A DNA stretch of 64,000 bases from TPA_inf: Saccharomyces (taxonomy: Eukaryota). This document shows positions 45,643-55,335 of the stretch, in pieces; the first letter of the stretch is position 1; every line of letters starts with the position of its first letter. The position numbers were made by a program, and so were the translations under genes. The stretch spans positions 206,162 to 270,161 of the forward strand of contig BK006940.2 in the NCBI GenBank assembly GCA_000146045.2. Direction: 5' to 3'. The notes under the pieces were generated by a model. The model was not told the DNA's origin, made no database searches, and worked only from the letters and a program-made list of their open reading frames with translations.

Positions 45643-46246
45643 TGTGTATTTCTTTTGATGGAGCTATAGGTATTCTAATATGATCTATATTCGACGCTGA
45701 GGCTAATTGCCCTTGTTCTTGAGGTGTCAACAACCAGATTTTCTAATTTTTCGCTGGCTGTTGCTGGAAAAATGTAAACGCGCAGGGCGGGTAATAATAA
45801 AAGTTGAACTATGAAGAACAATAGAAACGCCAAGGTTTACTGACAGAGACATGTTTTAATTCAAGTGATGAGGCGGAAACGTGCAAGATCCTAAATGAAG
45901 GATAAAAAGAGTTCTTAAAAAGGGAAGTAAGGAATAACAGAGTAGAAAAACCGAAAAGACAACTTAACAAATCGGCAACACTTTTATGGGGCCCCGCTCG
46001 CCTGTGTGCAAGTAGTATTCGACCTGGAACACGCATTTACCACGAGAAGACAGCAATAGTCCGTACAACATTAATTAGTTTCGACAATTGCTCGCCTTTA
46101 TAAGCCATGCTAGTGCCCAATCAAACACTTTACTTGCCCTGAAGTTCCTTTTTTCGCTAGCCTGTAACTTAAATAAGCCATCTAACCTTTTTTTTCTAAA
46201 AATTTTCTTTATTACCCTGTCGGCTTATTTTCTATTCTACACATTA

Positions 46247-46255
46247 TTTGCCACC
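46247..46255. promoter_or_regulatory. PACE (reverse complement TTTGCCACC) ~90 bp upstream of RPN12
   Basis: Exact tattTTTGCCACCcattg. Confidence 0.5.
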
Positions 46256-46343
46256 CATTGAAATTGTAGCTTGTATTAATAGGGAAAAGCCGGAAGTATA
46301 ACCGGTGGAAAGTACTATTGAAGTGAGATAAGAAGCCATCGTA

Positions 46344-47168
46344 ATGCCCTCGTTAGCCGAATTGACCAAGTCGTTAAGCATAGCCTTTGAAAACGGCGAT
46401 TATGCCGCGTGTGAGAAGCTCTTGCCCCCTATCAAGATCGAACTTATCAAGAATAACCTTTTAATACCTGACTTATCCATTCAAAATGACATCTATTTGA
46501 ATGATTTGATGATTACTAAAAGGATCCTGGAAGTAGGTGCCCTTGCTAGCATCCAAACTTTCAATTTTGACAGCTTCGAGAATTACTTCAACCAATTGAA
46601 GCCTTACTACTTTAGCAACAATCATAAATTATCTGAATCTGACAAGAAATCGAAGCTGATAAGTCTGTATTTGTTGAACTTATTGTCTCAGAATAACACA
46701 ACCAAGTTTCACTCGGAATTGCAGTATCTAGATAAACATATCAAGAACTTGGAAGACGATTCACTTTTGTCTTACCCTATCAAACTAGACAGATGGCTCA
46801 TGGAAGGGTCGTACCAGAAAGCATGGGATCTTCTGCAATCTGGGTCGCAGAATATATCAGAATTCGACTCTTTTACCGATATCCTAAAATCAGCTATAAG
46901 AGACGAAATTGCTAAAAATACCGAGCTATCCTACGACTTTCTCCCTCTCTCCAACATAAAGGCTTTGCTCTTTTTCAACAACGAAAAAGAAACTGAAAAA
47001 TTTGCACTAGAGAGAAACTGGCCTATTGTCAACTCGAAAGTTTACTTCAATAACCAATCAAAGGAGAAAGCTGATTACGAAGATGAAATGATGCATGAAG
47101 AAGACCAAAAGACAAACATTATCGAAAAAGCAATGGATTATGCCATAAGTATTGAAAATATTGTGTAA
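46344..47168 (+). CDS. RPN12: 19S proteasome lid subunit Rpn12 (274 aa)
   Basis: Protein MPSLAELTKSLSIAFENGDYAACEKLLPPIKIELIKNNLLIPDLS.... Confidence 0.9.
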   Translation: MPSLAELTKSLSIAFENGDYAACEKLLPPIKIELIKNNLLIPDLSIQNDIYLNDLMITKRILEVGALASIQTFNFDSFENYFNQLKPYYFSNNHKLSESDKKSKLISLYLLNLLSQNNTTKFHSELQYLDKHIKNLEDDSLLSYPIKLDRWLMEGSYQKAWDLLQSGSQNISEFDSFTDILKSAIRDEIAKNTELSYDFLPLSNIKALLFFNNEKETEKFALERNWPIVNSKVYFNNQSKEKADYEDEMMHEEDQKTNIIEKAMDYAISIENIV

Positions 47169-47430
47169 TATTTGTATATATAATATGTGCACAAAATTAC
47201 TACAAAATAAACAACTTTTTCTCTCCCGGAGAACAAAGTAAGTGGAAAAAATTATACTAATAACAATCTAAAAATGTTTATTAGCTAGGATTATACACAT
47301 AAATATATATATATGTGTGTGTCTATATTTACATATACTAGACCGCAAAAAAAACATAAGGGCATCACTCATAAGAATAATAATATTAAGGGAGGGAAAA
47401 ACACATTTATATTTCATTACATTTTTTTCA

Positions 47431-48888
47431 TTAAGCGCCAATGATACCAAGAGACTTACCTTCGGCAATTCTTTTTTCGGACAATGCAGCAATAACAGCA
47501 GCACCTGCACCTGAACCATCCTCAGCTGGAACAATCGTAATTGGATCTTTGCTTGCGTCACCAGTCCATCCATAGATATCTCTCAAACCCTTAGCGGCGG
47601 CTTCCTTGAAACCTGGGTATTTGTTATAGACAGAACCGTCAGCGGCAATGTGACCAGTCTTGTAACCTCTCTTTTGGCAAATAGCGGCAATACCACAAAC
47701 AGCTAATCTAGCAGCTCTGGTACCGATCAATTCACAAAGTCTTCTAATCAACTTACGTTCTGGCAGAGTGGTCTTGACACCAAAGTCCTTTTGGAAGATG
47801 TCATCAGTATCTTCCAAGTTTTCAAATGGATCATCCTCGATTCTTGCTGGGTAGGAGGTATCCATGATGTATGGTTGTTTCAACTTGCTTAGATCTTGAT
47901 CCTTCAACATCAAGCCCTTCTCGTTTAATTCAAGTAACACTAGACGCAACAATTCACCCAAGTAGTAACCGGAGGTCATCTTTTCAAAAGCTTGTTGACC
48001 AGGTCTTGGAGATTGTTCGTCGACAGCAACATCGTACTTGGTTCTTGGCAAGACCAAATGTTCATTATCGAAGGAACCATATTCACAATTGATAGCCATT
48101 GGAGAGTTACTTGGAATATCGTCTGCTAATTTGCCCTCCAACTTTTCGATATCGGAAACAACATCATAGAAAGCACCGTTGACACCAGTACCGAAAATCA
48201 CACCCATCTTAGTCTCTGGGTCAGTGTAGTATGAGGCAATTAAAGTACCAACAGTATCATTAATCAATGCTACAATTTCAATAGGCAACTCTCTCTTGGA
48301 AATTTCGTTTTGTAGCAATGGGACGACATCGTGGCCTTCGACATTTGGAATATCGAAACCCTTGGTCCATCTTTGCAAAATACCTTCGTTAATCTTGTTT
48401 TGGGAAGCTGGGTACGAGAAGGTGAAACCTAATGGTAAGGTGTCCTTGGTGTTTAGCAATTCTTGCTCGACCATAAAGTCCTTCAAAGAGTCGGCAATAA
48501 AGGACCATAACTCCTCTTGGTGCTTAGTGGTTCTCATGTCATGTGGTAGTTTATACTTGGATTGAGTGGTGTCAAAGGTATGGTTACCGCTCAACTTGAC
48601 CAACACGACTCTTAAGTTAGTACCACCCAAATCAATGGCCAAATAGTTACCAGATTCTTTACCTGTTGGGAATTCCATGACCCAACCGGGAATCATTGGA
48701 ATGTTACCTCCCTTCTTTGTCAAACCTTTATTCAATTCGTCGATAAAGTGCTTAACAACCTTTCTCAAGGTCTCGCTGTCAACTGTAAACATATCTTCCA
48801 ACTGATGAATTTCATCCATCAATTCCTTGGGCACATCAGCCATGGAACCCTTTCTAGCCTGTGGTTTCTTTGGACCTAAATGAACCAT
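47431..48888 (-). CDS. HXK1: Hexokinase 1 (485 aa)
   Basis: Protein MVHLGPKKPQARKGSMADVPKELMDEIHQLEDMFTVDSETLRKVVKHFIDELNKGLTKKGGNIPMIPGWV... with LAIDLGGTNLRVVLV. Confidence 0.95.
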   Translation of the reverse strand: MVHLGPKKPQARKGSMADVPKELMDEIHQLEDMFTVDSETLRKVVKHFIDELNKGLTKKGGNIPMIPGWVMEFPTGKESGNYLAIDLGGTNLRVVLVKLSGNHTFDTTQSKYKLPHDMRTTKHQEELWSFIADSLKDFMVEQELLNTKDTLPLGFTFSYPASQNKINEGILQRWTKGFDIPNVEGHDVVPLLQNEISKRELPIEIVALINDTVGTLIASYYTDPETKMGVIFGTGVNGAFYDVVSDIEKLEGKLADDIPSNSPMAINCEYGSFDNEHLVLPRTKYDVAVDEQSPRPGQQAFEKMTSGYYLGELLRLVLLELNEKGLMLKDQDLSKLKQPYIMDTSYPARIEDDPFENLEDTDDIFQKDFGVKTTLPERKLIRRLCELIGTRAARLAVCGIAAICQKRGYKTGHIAADGSVYNKYPGFKEAAAKGLRDIYGWTGDASKDPITIVPAEDGSGAGAAVIAALSEKRIAEGKSLGIIGA

Positions 48889-49180
48889 CTTATTTTTTCA
48901 GTATTCTAATTGAGTTGTTTGGGTGAGTTTGATTAAAAGAAAAGAATTCTAATTGAGTATTGCAAGCCACAATTGTTTCTTATTGCTCTTCTGCTATATA
49001 TTGCGCTAAGAGAAAGAGAAGAATACAAGATGAAGGAACGGTAGAATATTCCCAAGGAAGTGAAACCGATTGCTTATATACGAAATATTCCTCTTTAAAG
49101 AAAAGGAGGAAACAGAAGCAGTTGAGAACAATCTTTGTTGCGTTCACTTGTTACTATTCCTCTCAACGGTCCTAAGGTAC

Positions 49181-49616
49181 CAAAATCCGGGGGGAGAAAG
49201 AAACTTTTTCTTTTCATCAACCCCTTAAAAAAAAATGCATAGTTCTTAGGTCTTCCATTTTTTCTTTTGTTGGTTTTTGCAACCAGAGTATTTTTCCTGG
49301 TTGCTCCAGTAAGGTATTTCGCTATCTTCCAACAAACGGGGCACACGTGCGGGAGTTTCAAAGGGGCAGAATAGTGGGGTTCAGGGGCATAAGAAGCTCA
49401 CACAATGCGGAAAAACAAAAGGGGACTGCCATTCTTCCTGAAACCCACGCGTCACTGCTATACTGAGATCTGGCCAGGGGCAACCAGTATACTTAGTGGA
49501 TAAACGACAGGAACACGTACTCCTTAAAAGCGTCTAAATCTTCATTTTTCCGGTTTATTTCCAACCGGGAAATAAATTATTCCTAATAAAATTTCCGGGG
49601 TTTGCAGGATGCGGGG
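49181..49616. promoter_or_regulatory. HXK1 upstream region: Mig1-type GC boxes and a cluster of STRE (CCCCT/AGGGG) elements
   Basis: Mig1-like sites: aaaatCCGGGGgg at 49181-49194, aaaatttCCGGGG at 49587-49600, atGCGGGGtaaaag at 49607-49620. STREs: CCCCT at 49221-49225; AGGGG at 49363-49367, 49383-49387, ~49422-49426 and 49476-49480. Confidence 0.5.
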
Positions 49617-50213
49617 TAAAAGTAAAAAAATGAAAAAGATGTAAAAAGAAAAGTTCGAGGTAAGACCAGGTGCAAGGAGAATACTGGGCGCCAATGCTTT
49701 TACTGCAGCGAAGAAAAATTCTAACCGTCTGTTTCGGTTGCTAATTTTTGTCTTACTTTCGATGGTTAGGCTTCGTGGGGTAAAAGTCGAGCTTGTTTTC
49801 TGAAGCGGAAATTACAGCAGTTTGCTAGGTGAGTTTTAACTTTCCTAGTTGCATCCCATGGTCTAGATAATCACCCCACCCCACGCCATTCTTTTTTTGC
49901 AACACGGGCTTTGTTCCTGAAACAACTGGCATGGAAGATATTCCGGGGTTGTTTAACAATAAACGTGTAGAGTACAGGTAGAATATAGGCGAAGCCGCGG
50001 TGAGCACGGAATCGCGCATGGAAGAAAACACACCAGGTAAGCCTTTGGAACGCCATGTGTAAGGTGCAATGCACATGAGTGATTGTTAAAAACAGAAAAG
50101 TAAAAATTCCGATCTTGTCTGGAGGATCAATCGTCCTCTCAGTGCGTTTTCTTGGCGAGACAATTCAATTCGCTTTATGCTCTTTTTTTTTGTGAATTTA
50201 GCCAATTCCGGAA

Positions 50214-50224
50214 AAAACATAAAA
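50214..50224 (-). promoter_or_regulatory. Exact ARS consensus match (TTTTATGTTTT on the minus strand) in an AT-rich intergenic stretch; candidate replication origin
   Basis: Plus strand AAAACATAAAA matches WAAAYRTAAAW 11/11. A T-rich tract lies 30 bp away. I recall an ARS annotated near this position, but that is unverified. Confidence 0.3.
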
Positions 50225-50999
50225 AAATGGTTATGCATTCTTTATTTTGAAGAATGAACTAGATATACAGTAATATACTAAATTGTCAGCTCTCGGCATA
50301 ATTCAATGGCCGGAAAGTAGTACTATTAAAAAGAAGTGCGCTCAAAGAATAACTCCGGGAATAGGTGATGTAGCTTTTGGTGCTGGAAGCGAACCGCTTT
50401 CATGTGTTTTGGTCCCGGCTGTAGTGTTCTGCGGAGTTGCACTGGTGCTGTTGGTAGAGATTACGATTTTGGTAAATCCTGGTGTGACGGCTACATCAGT
50501 ACCTCTAGTTAGACCAAACACTAATTCAATGCCAAAACTTAGACGCCCGATGATATTCCTTGTATATATATTATTATCCGCTATGGGCACAGAAGTATGT
50601 TTAACAGTAGCAGAAGCGACTTATGTATGGATGTCCAACAACGAAGATGCCACAAACGTCTTCGTAGTTTTATCCACGGCGCCAGGTCTGGAGAATGGAC
50701 ACCAGGGTACTAAAATCATTAATTGCTCTTCCACCATCCTAACGTTGTTGACATTTAGTGTAGATACTTGGTGAAATATGTGCTTGTGAAAGCGATTGTC
50801 CATTCTTTATATATAGTCATGAAAGTAGTTAAAGTGAAGAATATATTAGAAGCTTTGGGTTCAAAAGAGGACGGTGAAGTGGCTCGCTTTGTTAATATAT
50901 TGATTTATCCGAAACCCGGGAAGCACTCTAGAACTATGCCTTAGCATTTTAGTGGTCGAACTAGCCAGTTTTTCGATTGTTGGATGTGTTGTAATGACG

Positions 51000-53300
51000 G
51001 TATTATTTTTGCTCAATGAGTTAAAAGGCGAAAGCGTCAAATTGTAGGTCAGAATATGACTGACAGAATCAAACTGTCTGACAATTGCACAGGAGGATTG
51101 GCCGGAGTAAAATCGTTTAAGGTAGTATAAGCAGGTTGAGCAGACAATTGGCTAGAGCTAGCCATTGAGCCTAAAGAATTGCGAACAAGTCGGATAAGAC
51201 AAAGGGAACTAATGTACAAGATCTTGTATCCTGAGAAGAGGAAATAAGTACTCAAGAATGGGCCAGAAATAATGTTAGAGTTTATAGGGGTGACAGCCCT
51301 TGAGCTAATAAATACTACAATAACAGTGTCCGTTTGAATGCTGGTCGGTGAATCAATCAAAGATTTGGTTGCAATGATATGTGCAATTTTGCTGATGGAG
51401 CTTGCTAAAGTTGTGATATTAGTCGAGATCCAATTAGAACGGATTAGGCGGGAATCGCTTGAGGGATCGCCAAAAATACTTGTGATTTGTGTAAGTTGGT
51501 TGTAATGCAAACCTGCTATCTTTACTTTCGAACAAAATAGATGAATCAGCGGCTAAGTATTCTGTGGCTAATGTGCTAGATACATGTTGAGTACTGCTAT
51601 TTGTGCGCAACCGTTCTAACAATGCTGAGAGATGATGAATTGAATATATCAGAAGTTTTACTAGCTACAGTAGTTGAGGTACCAATAGTGGGGGTATGCG
51701 AAAATTTACTAAAAGCACTGACTGGAGTTGTGGTACTAGTGAATACCTGGTCCAAATAGGTTATGAAGGAATCATTTGAGAATTGGCTAGAAGCAACTAA
51801 AACGCCCGTGGATTGAGGTTCAGATTTGCTACTGTCGCTTTCGAAGAAGCTAGATGAACCACGGGTAAAGTATTCTGCATCTAATGTGTTCAATAAATAT
51901 TGAGTGACGTTATCGTAATGTTACAGTACTAACACCGCTAGAAAATGCTGGTGTGAATGTGAATGACGATAGACGGACTGATGCACTTTTCCATTGTACG
52001 ATAACATTACTTACAAGATTGGGAGAAGCATGATTGAAAATTTGACTGGAAGAACCACTTATATTAGGAGTGGCGGTATTAGTAGAAAATTGACTAAACG
52101 CATCCGAAAATTAAATAGAATTTAAAGTTTCCTTGGGTGCACTGTTTTGGGCTGCAGTGCTAAAATCCAGAAGTGTTGGAGTCAGGTTACTTGTTTGCAT
52201 ACAGACATTACTGAAGTTTTCAGAAGGCCTTTGAATCGAGAACGAGATAAGGAAGTGTCCTCTAAATGCAATTTTAGAGCTCAAAGTGAGGATAGTGGCA
52301 CTGAAACTTGATTTAGTTAATGGCCTTTAGATTTGCTGCTGTCTGAAAAGCTCATCATCGAGAAGCTCACAAAATGGAGTTCTAGTTGCCCTTTCACTAT
52401 ACAATCGATGTAAAGATGGCTTATAAGTATTTGAATTGTAAGTTTTGTGCTAGCTGAGGAATCAAAAAATGTATTTAGTGCTTCCTTACTGGTCAATTGT
52501 GTATTATTTCCAGATGAAACAGAAAATATGTATTTTATGGATTGACTAATCAAGTCACTTGCTGATTGTGTAATAGTGGTGGTTAAAGAAAGTACAGTAA
52601 GTTTGCTTGAAATACAGGCAGGATTCCTGGAATACTGCCTACTACTGCTTATTGAATAGAGTGTAATCTCGCCAAACCCAGTAATAGCATCGTTTAAGAA
52701 ATGGTGCTTACTTGTAGGTAAAACTTCTGAAGGATACTGAGTAAATGTAAAATTATATGAGTTAAGGCAGAATGACTGTAAACTTTTGTGACGAATCTGG
52801 AAGATGCATTCGTCGATTGGCCTTCATTAAGTGAAGATTGGTAACCTATTGCATCCAAACCAGAAGTAATACAACCAGAATGTGGAGATGAGGAGCCAAC
52901 AGGTGTGTATCCAGAAGGTTCAGCCACAGGTTGGTCATCAATACCACTGGGGGAGCATGCAATATAATCAGATGGTTGCGAGGAATAGCTAGTAGAGCTA
53001 AAACTGAACACATTAGTTAAGATTAGACTAGCCATGCTCAAAGAAACAATTAGAGAGGCACCTACATGTTCGTTATCCATTTTTGAGGAAAAAATAGAAG
53101 TGATAATAATAATTTTGCTCGAACTACTCGTAAAGCTACTTGAAAAACGGCTCGAGATTACGGAAGAGTCGGTAGTAAACCGACTCTCAGTGTCACGGAA
53201 TGGAAGCGCCTTGAAACTACTAATATCAGGTATGCATTGAGGGGCAAGGCAACCTGAATATGCAAAGAGCATAGTCTTAACTTTCGTAGTACGTAATACT
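51000..53300. repeat. Degenerate tandem array of ~300-bp units (about 7 copies, ~60-75% identity between copies)
   Basis: Example: 51527-51566 tttcgaacaaaatagatgaatcagcggctaagtattctg against 51836-51875 tttcgaagaagctagatgaaccacgggtaaagtattctg. Also gatttgctactgtcgc at 51823 against gatttgctgctgtctg at 52331, and gaatcgcttgagggatcgcc at 51452 against gaatcatttgagaattggct at 51770. Confidence 0.6.
52694..53272 (-). CDS. 192-aa Ser-rich ATG ORF inside the repeat array; position and size fit YFR054C (uncharacterised)
   Basis: ATG at 53270-53272; the protein is low-complexity and Ser/Thr-rich ([24 protein letters not shown]...). It may simply be the longest surviving frame of the decayed gene described in the findings. 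Confidence 0.35.
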
Positions 53301-55134
53301 TCGGCATTAATTTGGCCTACCGCTTTGCCACAGTTGAGTGGTCACTGGAGTATTAGCCATGAAAAAATGATCCCTTGTATATCCAGGCCCAAAGTCTAAA
53401 ATGTACTTCCTGCCAATGGTTGTCACAGCTAATATTCCATTTTGAATTGACTTGATTTTTAGATTATTATCATGGAACCAAGTTGATGTCTTGCAATTTC
53501 TGATTTTTAACGATGTACTGGAGGTTGACGACTAGGCAAATCTGCGAAACATCCTAGTACAATGGCATTTGGTTCTGATGACAAAACAATAGTTTGTTCC
53601 TCCACTGAAATGTTATTCAAATCTTCGATATAAAAAATGCGGTAATTTCAGACCCAAAGACATCCATTACCCATCATGCTAAATTGTGGGATAAGATATA
53701 TATGGTTAATTGATCTGATTCAGCTGCAATAATATCGGTATTTATTATGGTACCTTCCATGCTCTTTGCCGAACTGCAGATAACCTGCGTCTGCAAATTG
53801 CAGGAATTACTGAAAATGAAATTGCTAAACTTTGGGAGCTACTAGAAGAAAAATGAGTACCTCTCCTACTTATATTTCCCATTTTCTTGAAGGTTTCTCC
53901 TTCCCATATAAGAATTCCAAACGGTGTTCCTTTACAAACCCATAAGGGTATTAAAATGATTCTCAAAATTTCCTACTGCACTATTGTTTTTTCTTTCTAA
54001 TAGATGAATCATCCGTACACACACAGAGACCACCGTTTACTTTCATATCAGAATAGAAGTTGTGAAAGCTACCTACGAGACTTAAATAAACATCTTTTTC
54101 GATGGTGAGCTTTTCATGGTAATTCGTCGAGACAGTAACTGTTTTGCTCTTTTCTATGATGTCTAAAGCCAAAACAATGTCCATCAAGACTAGCGTAATA
54201 AAAATCAACCTGCTCATTGACAATTGGATTATTTTTGGCTGTTCAAGATTAAAACAGACTCAGTAGGCAAAAACTTCAATCAATAGTACCGGGAAGATGA
54301 CATTCCGGTCTAAGTGGTATTATACACTTATAGTAAAGTCACGTCAACCTTTGTTACTTTTCTTAATTGATTATATACGCACTCTTCTCAATATTTGATT
54401 TCTTCATCGAAAAGATCTACACGAAGTTTTTATCATGTGTTAGCGTGATGGAAAAGATCTGTGCACGTTTAATTAGAATTGCAAAAGCTTCAATGGGTTT
54501 GATTGAGATTTTTATTTTCAATTCACTCATCTTGATGTTCACCACCAAGCCTACATCGAAACTTTGAAATACAGGAAAGTTGCAGGAGGCTTTATTGGTT
54601 GAATTGAAAAAGAAAGGAAGAAAAACGTAATGGTAAAATAAAACTCGACTATGGCGCAACCGATAGAGAGTTTAGTGGCATTAGAAATTTTAAAAGAAGC
54701 TTTAAACTACAAAGTGTTCTTCTGAATCTGAATAAGGTCACTTACATAGAAACCTACTTACCTCAAAAGCGTAATTCCGAAAGGCAAAAGAAAAACTTTT
54801 GTAGAATCTTCAGCTGCTAGAAGTTCAAATAGAAGACAAATTACGGACTTGTTGCAGTATATGCCAAGCTACAGAAGAAATTATATTTCTTAATACGTAC
54901 AGAAGGTATGAAACGTTAGTTTACTCACAGAAGATACCCTGGCTTTTCTTTTATTAATACATGGAGTTGCAAAAAACAAGGGAAAGGAAAATCAATCAAA
55001 TTAGAATTAAGGTTTTTTTTGGACAGTGCAGCGTCAATGCGCACGTAATGGCTTCGAAGAAAAAAAGAAGGCAAATACAATGAAGCTGAGATCTTGTTTT
55101 ATCATGAGGGGAAATAAATTGGAAGCATTGAAGT

Positions 55135-55335
55135 TGTTGGAATGAAACTCTAAAATATCATCTGTTTAGTAGTATCGTGTTACTAGTACATTATCACATA
55201 CAGTGTAAGAAAATGACATTAGGTATGAGAAACAGTCATCAAATCTAATGGAAGCGAAATTCAAGGGTTGGTGATGTAATAGGATAATGAAACATATAAA
55301 ACGGAAGTAAAAATAATCGTAATATTACAAGGAGA
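55135..55335 (+). mobile_element. 5' ~200 bp of a Ty1/Ty2 delta LTR, truncated solo remnant
   Basis: TGTTGGAATgaaactctaaaatatcatctgtttagtagtatcgtgttactagtacattatcacatacagtgt ... gatgtaataggataatgaaacatataaaacggaagtaaaaataatcgtaatatta is collinear with delta TGTTGGAATAGAAATCAACTATCATCTACTAACTAGTATTTACATTACTAGTATATTATCATATACGGTGT...GATAATGTAATAGGATCAATGAATATAAACATATAAAACGGAATGAGGAATAATCGTAATATTAG. Confidence 0.6.

Larger units (their letters stand above)
51000..54217 (-). pseudogene. Putative relic of a secreted Ser/Thr-rich repeat (adhesin or cell-wall type) gene: signal-peptide-like N-terminus, then ~300-bp coding repeats now broken into several frames
   Basis: Minus-strand ATG at 54215-54217 gives MSRLIFITLVLMDIVLALDIIEKSK... 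(78 aa, hydrophobic leader). Downstream minus-strand ORF fragments are Ser/Thr-rich and sit in frames 1, 2, 2, 1 and 0 (ends at 54223, 53966, 53272, 52553, 51893, 51622, 51510), so several frameshifts. The repeat array underlies them. Confidence 0.3.

Noticed and set aside
47268-47573. 101-aa minus-strand ORF overlapping the HXK1 3' end (fits dubious YFR052C-A)
   Set aside because: Overlaps the HXK1 C-terminus in another frame; no supporting features.
50283-50774. 163-aa plus-strand ORF and overlapping minus-strand ORFs (50342-50803)
   Set aside because: The plus ORF starts at TTG and has no in-frame ATG until late. Probably chance frames at the edge of the decayed repeat-gene region.
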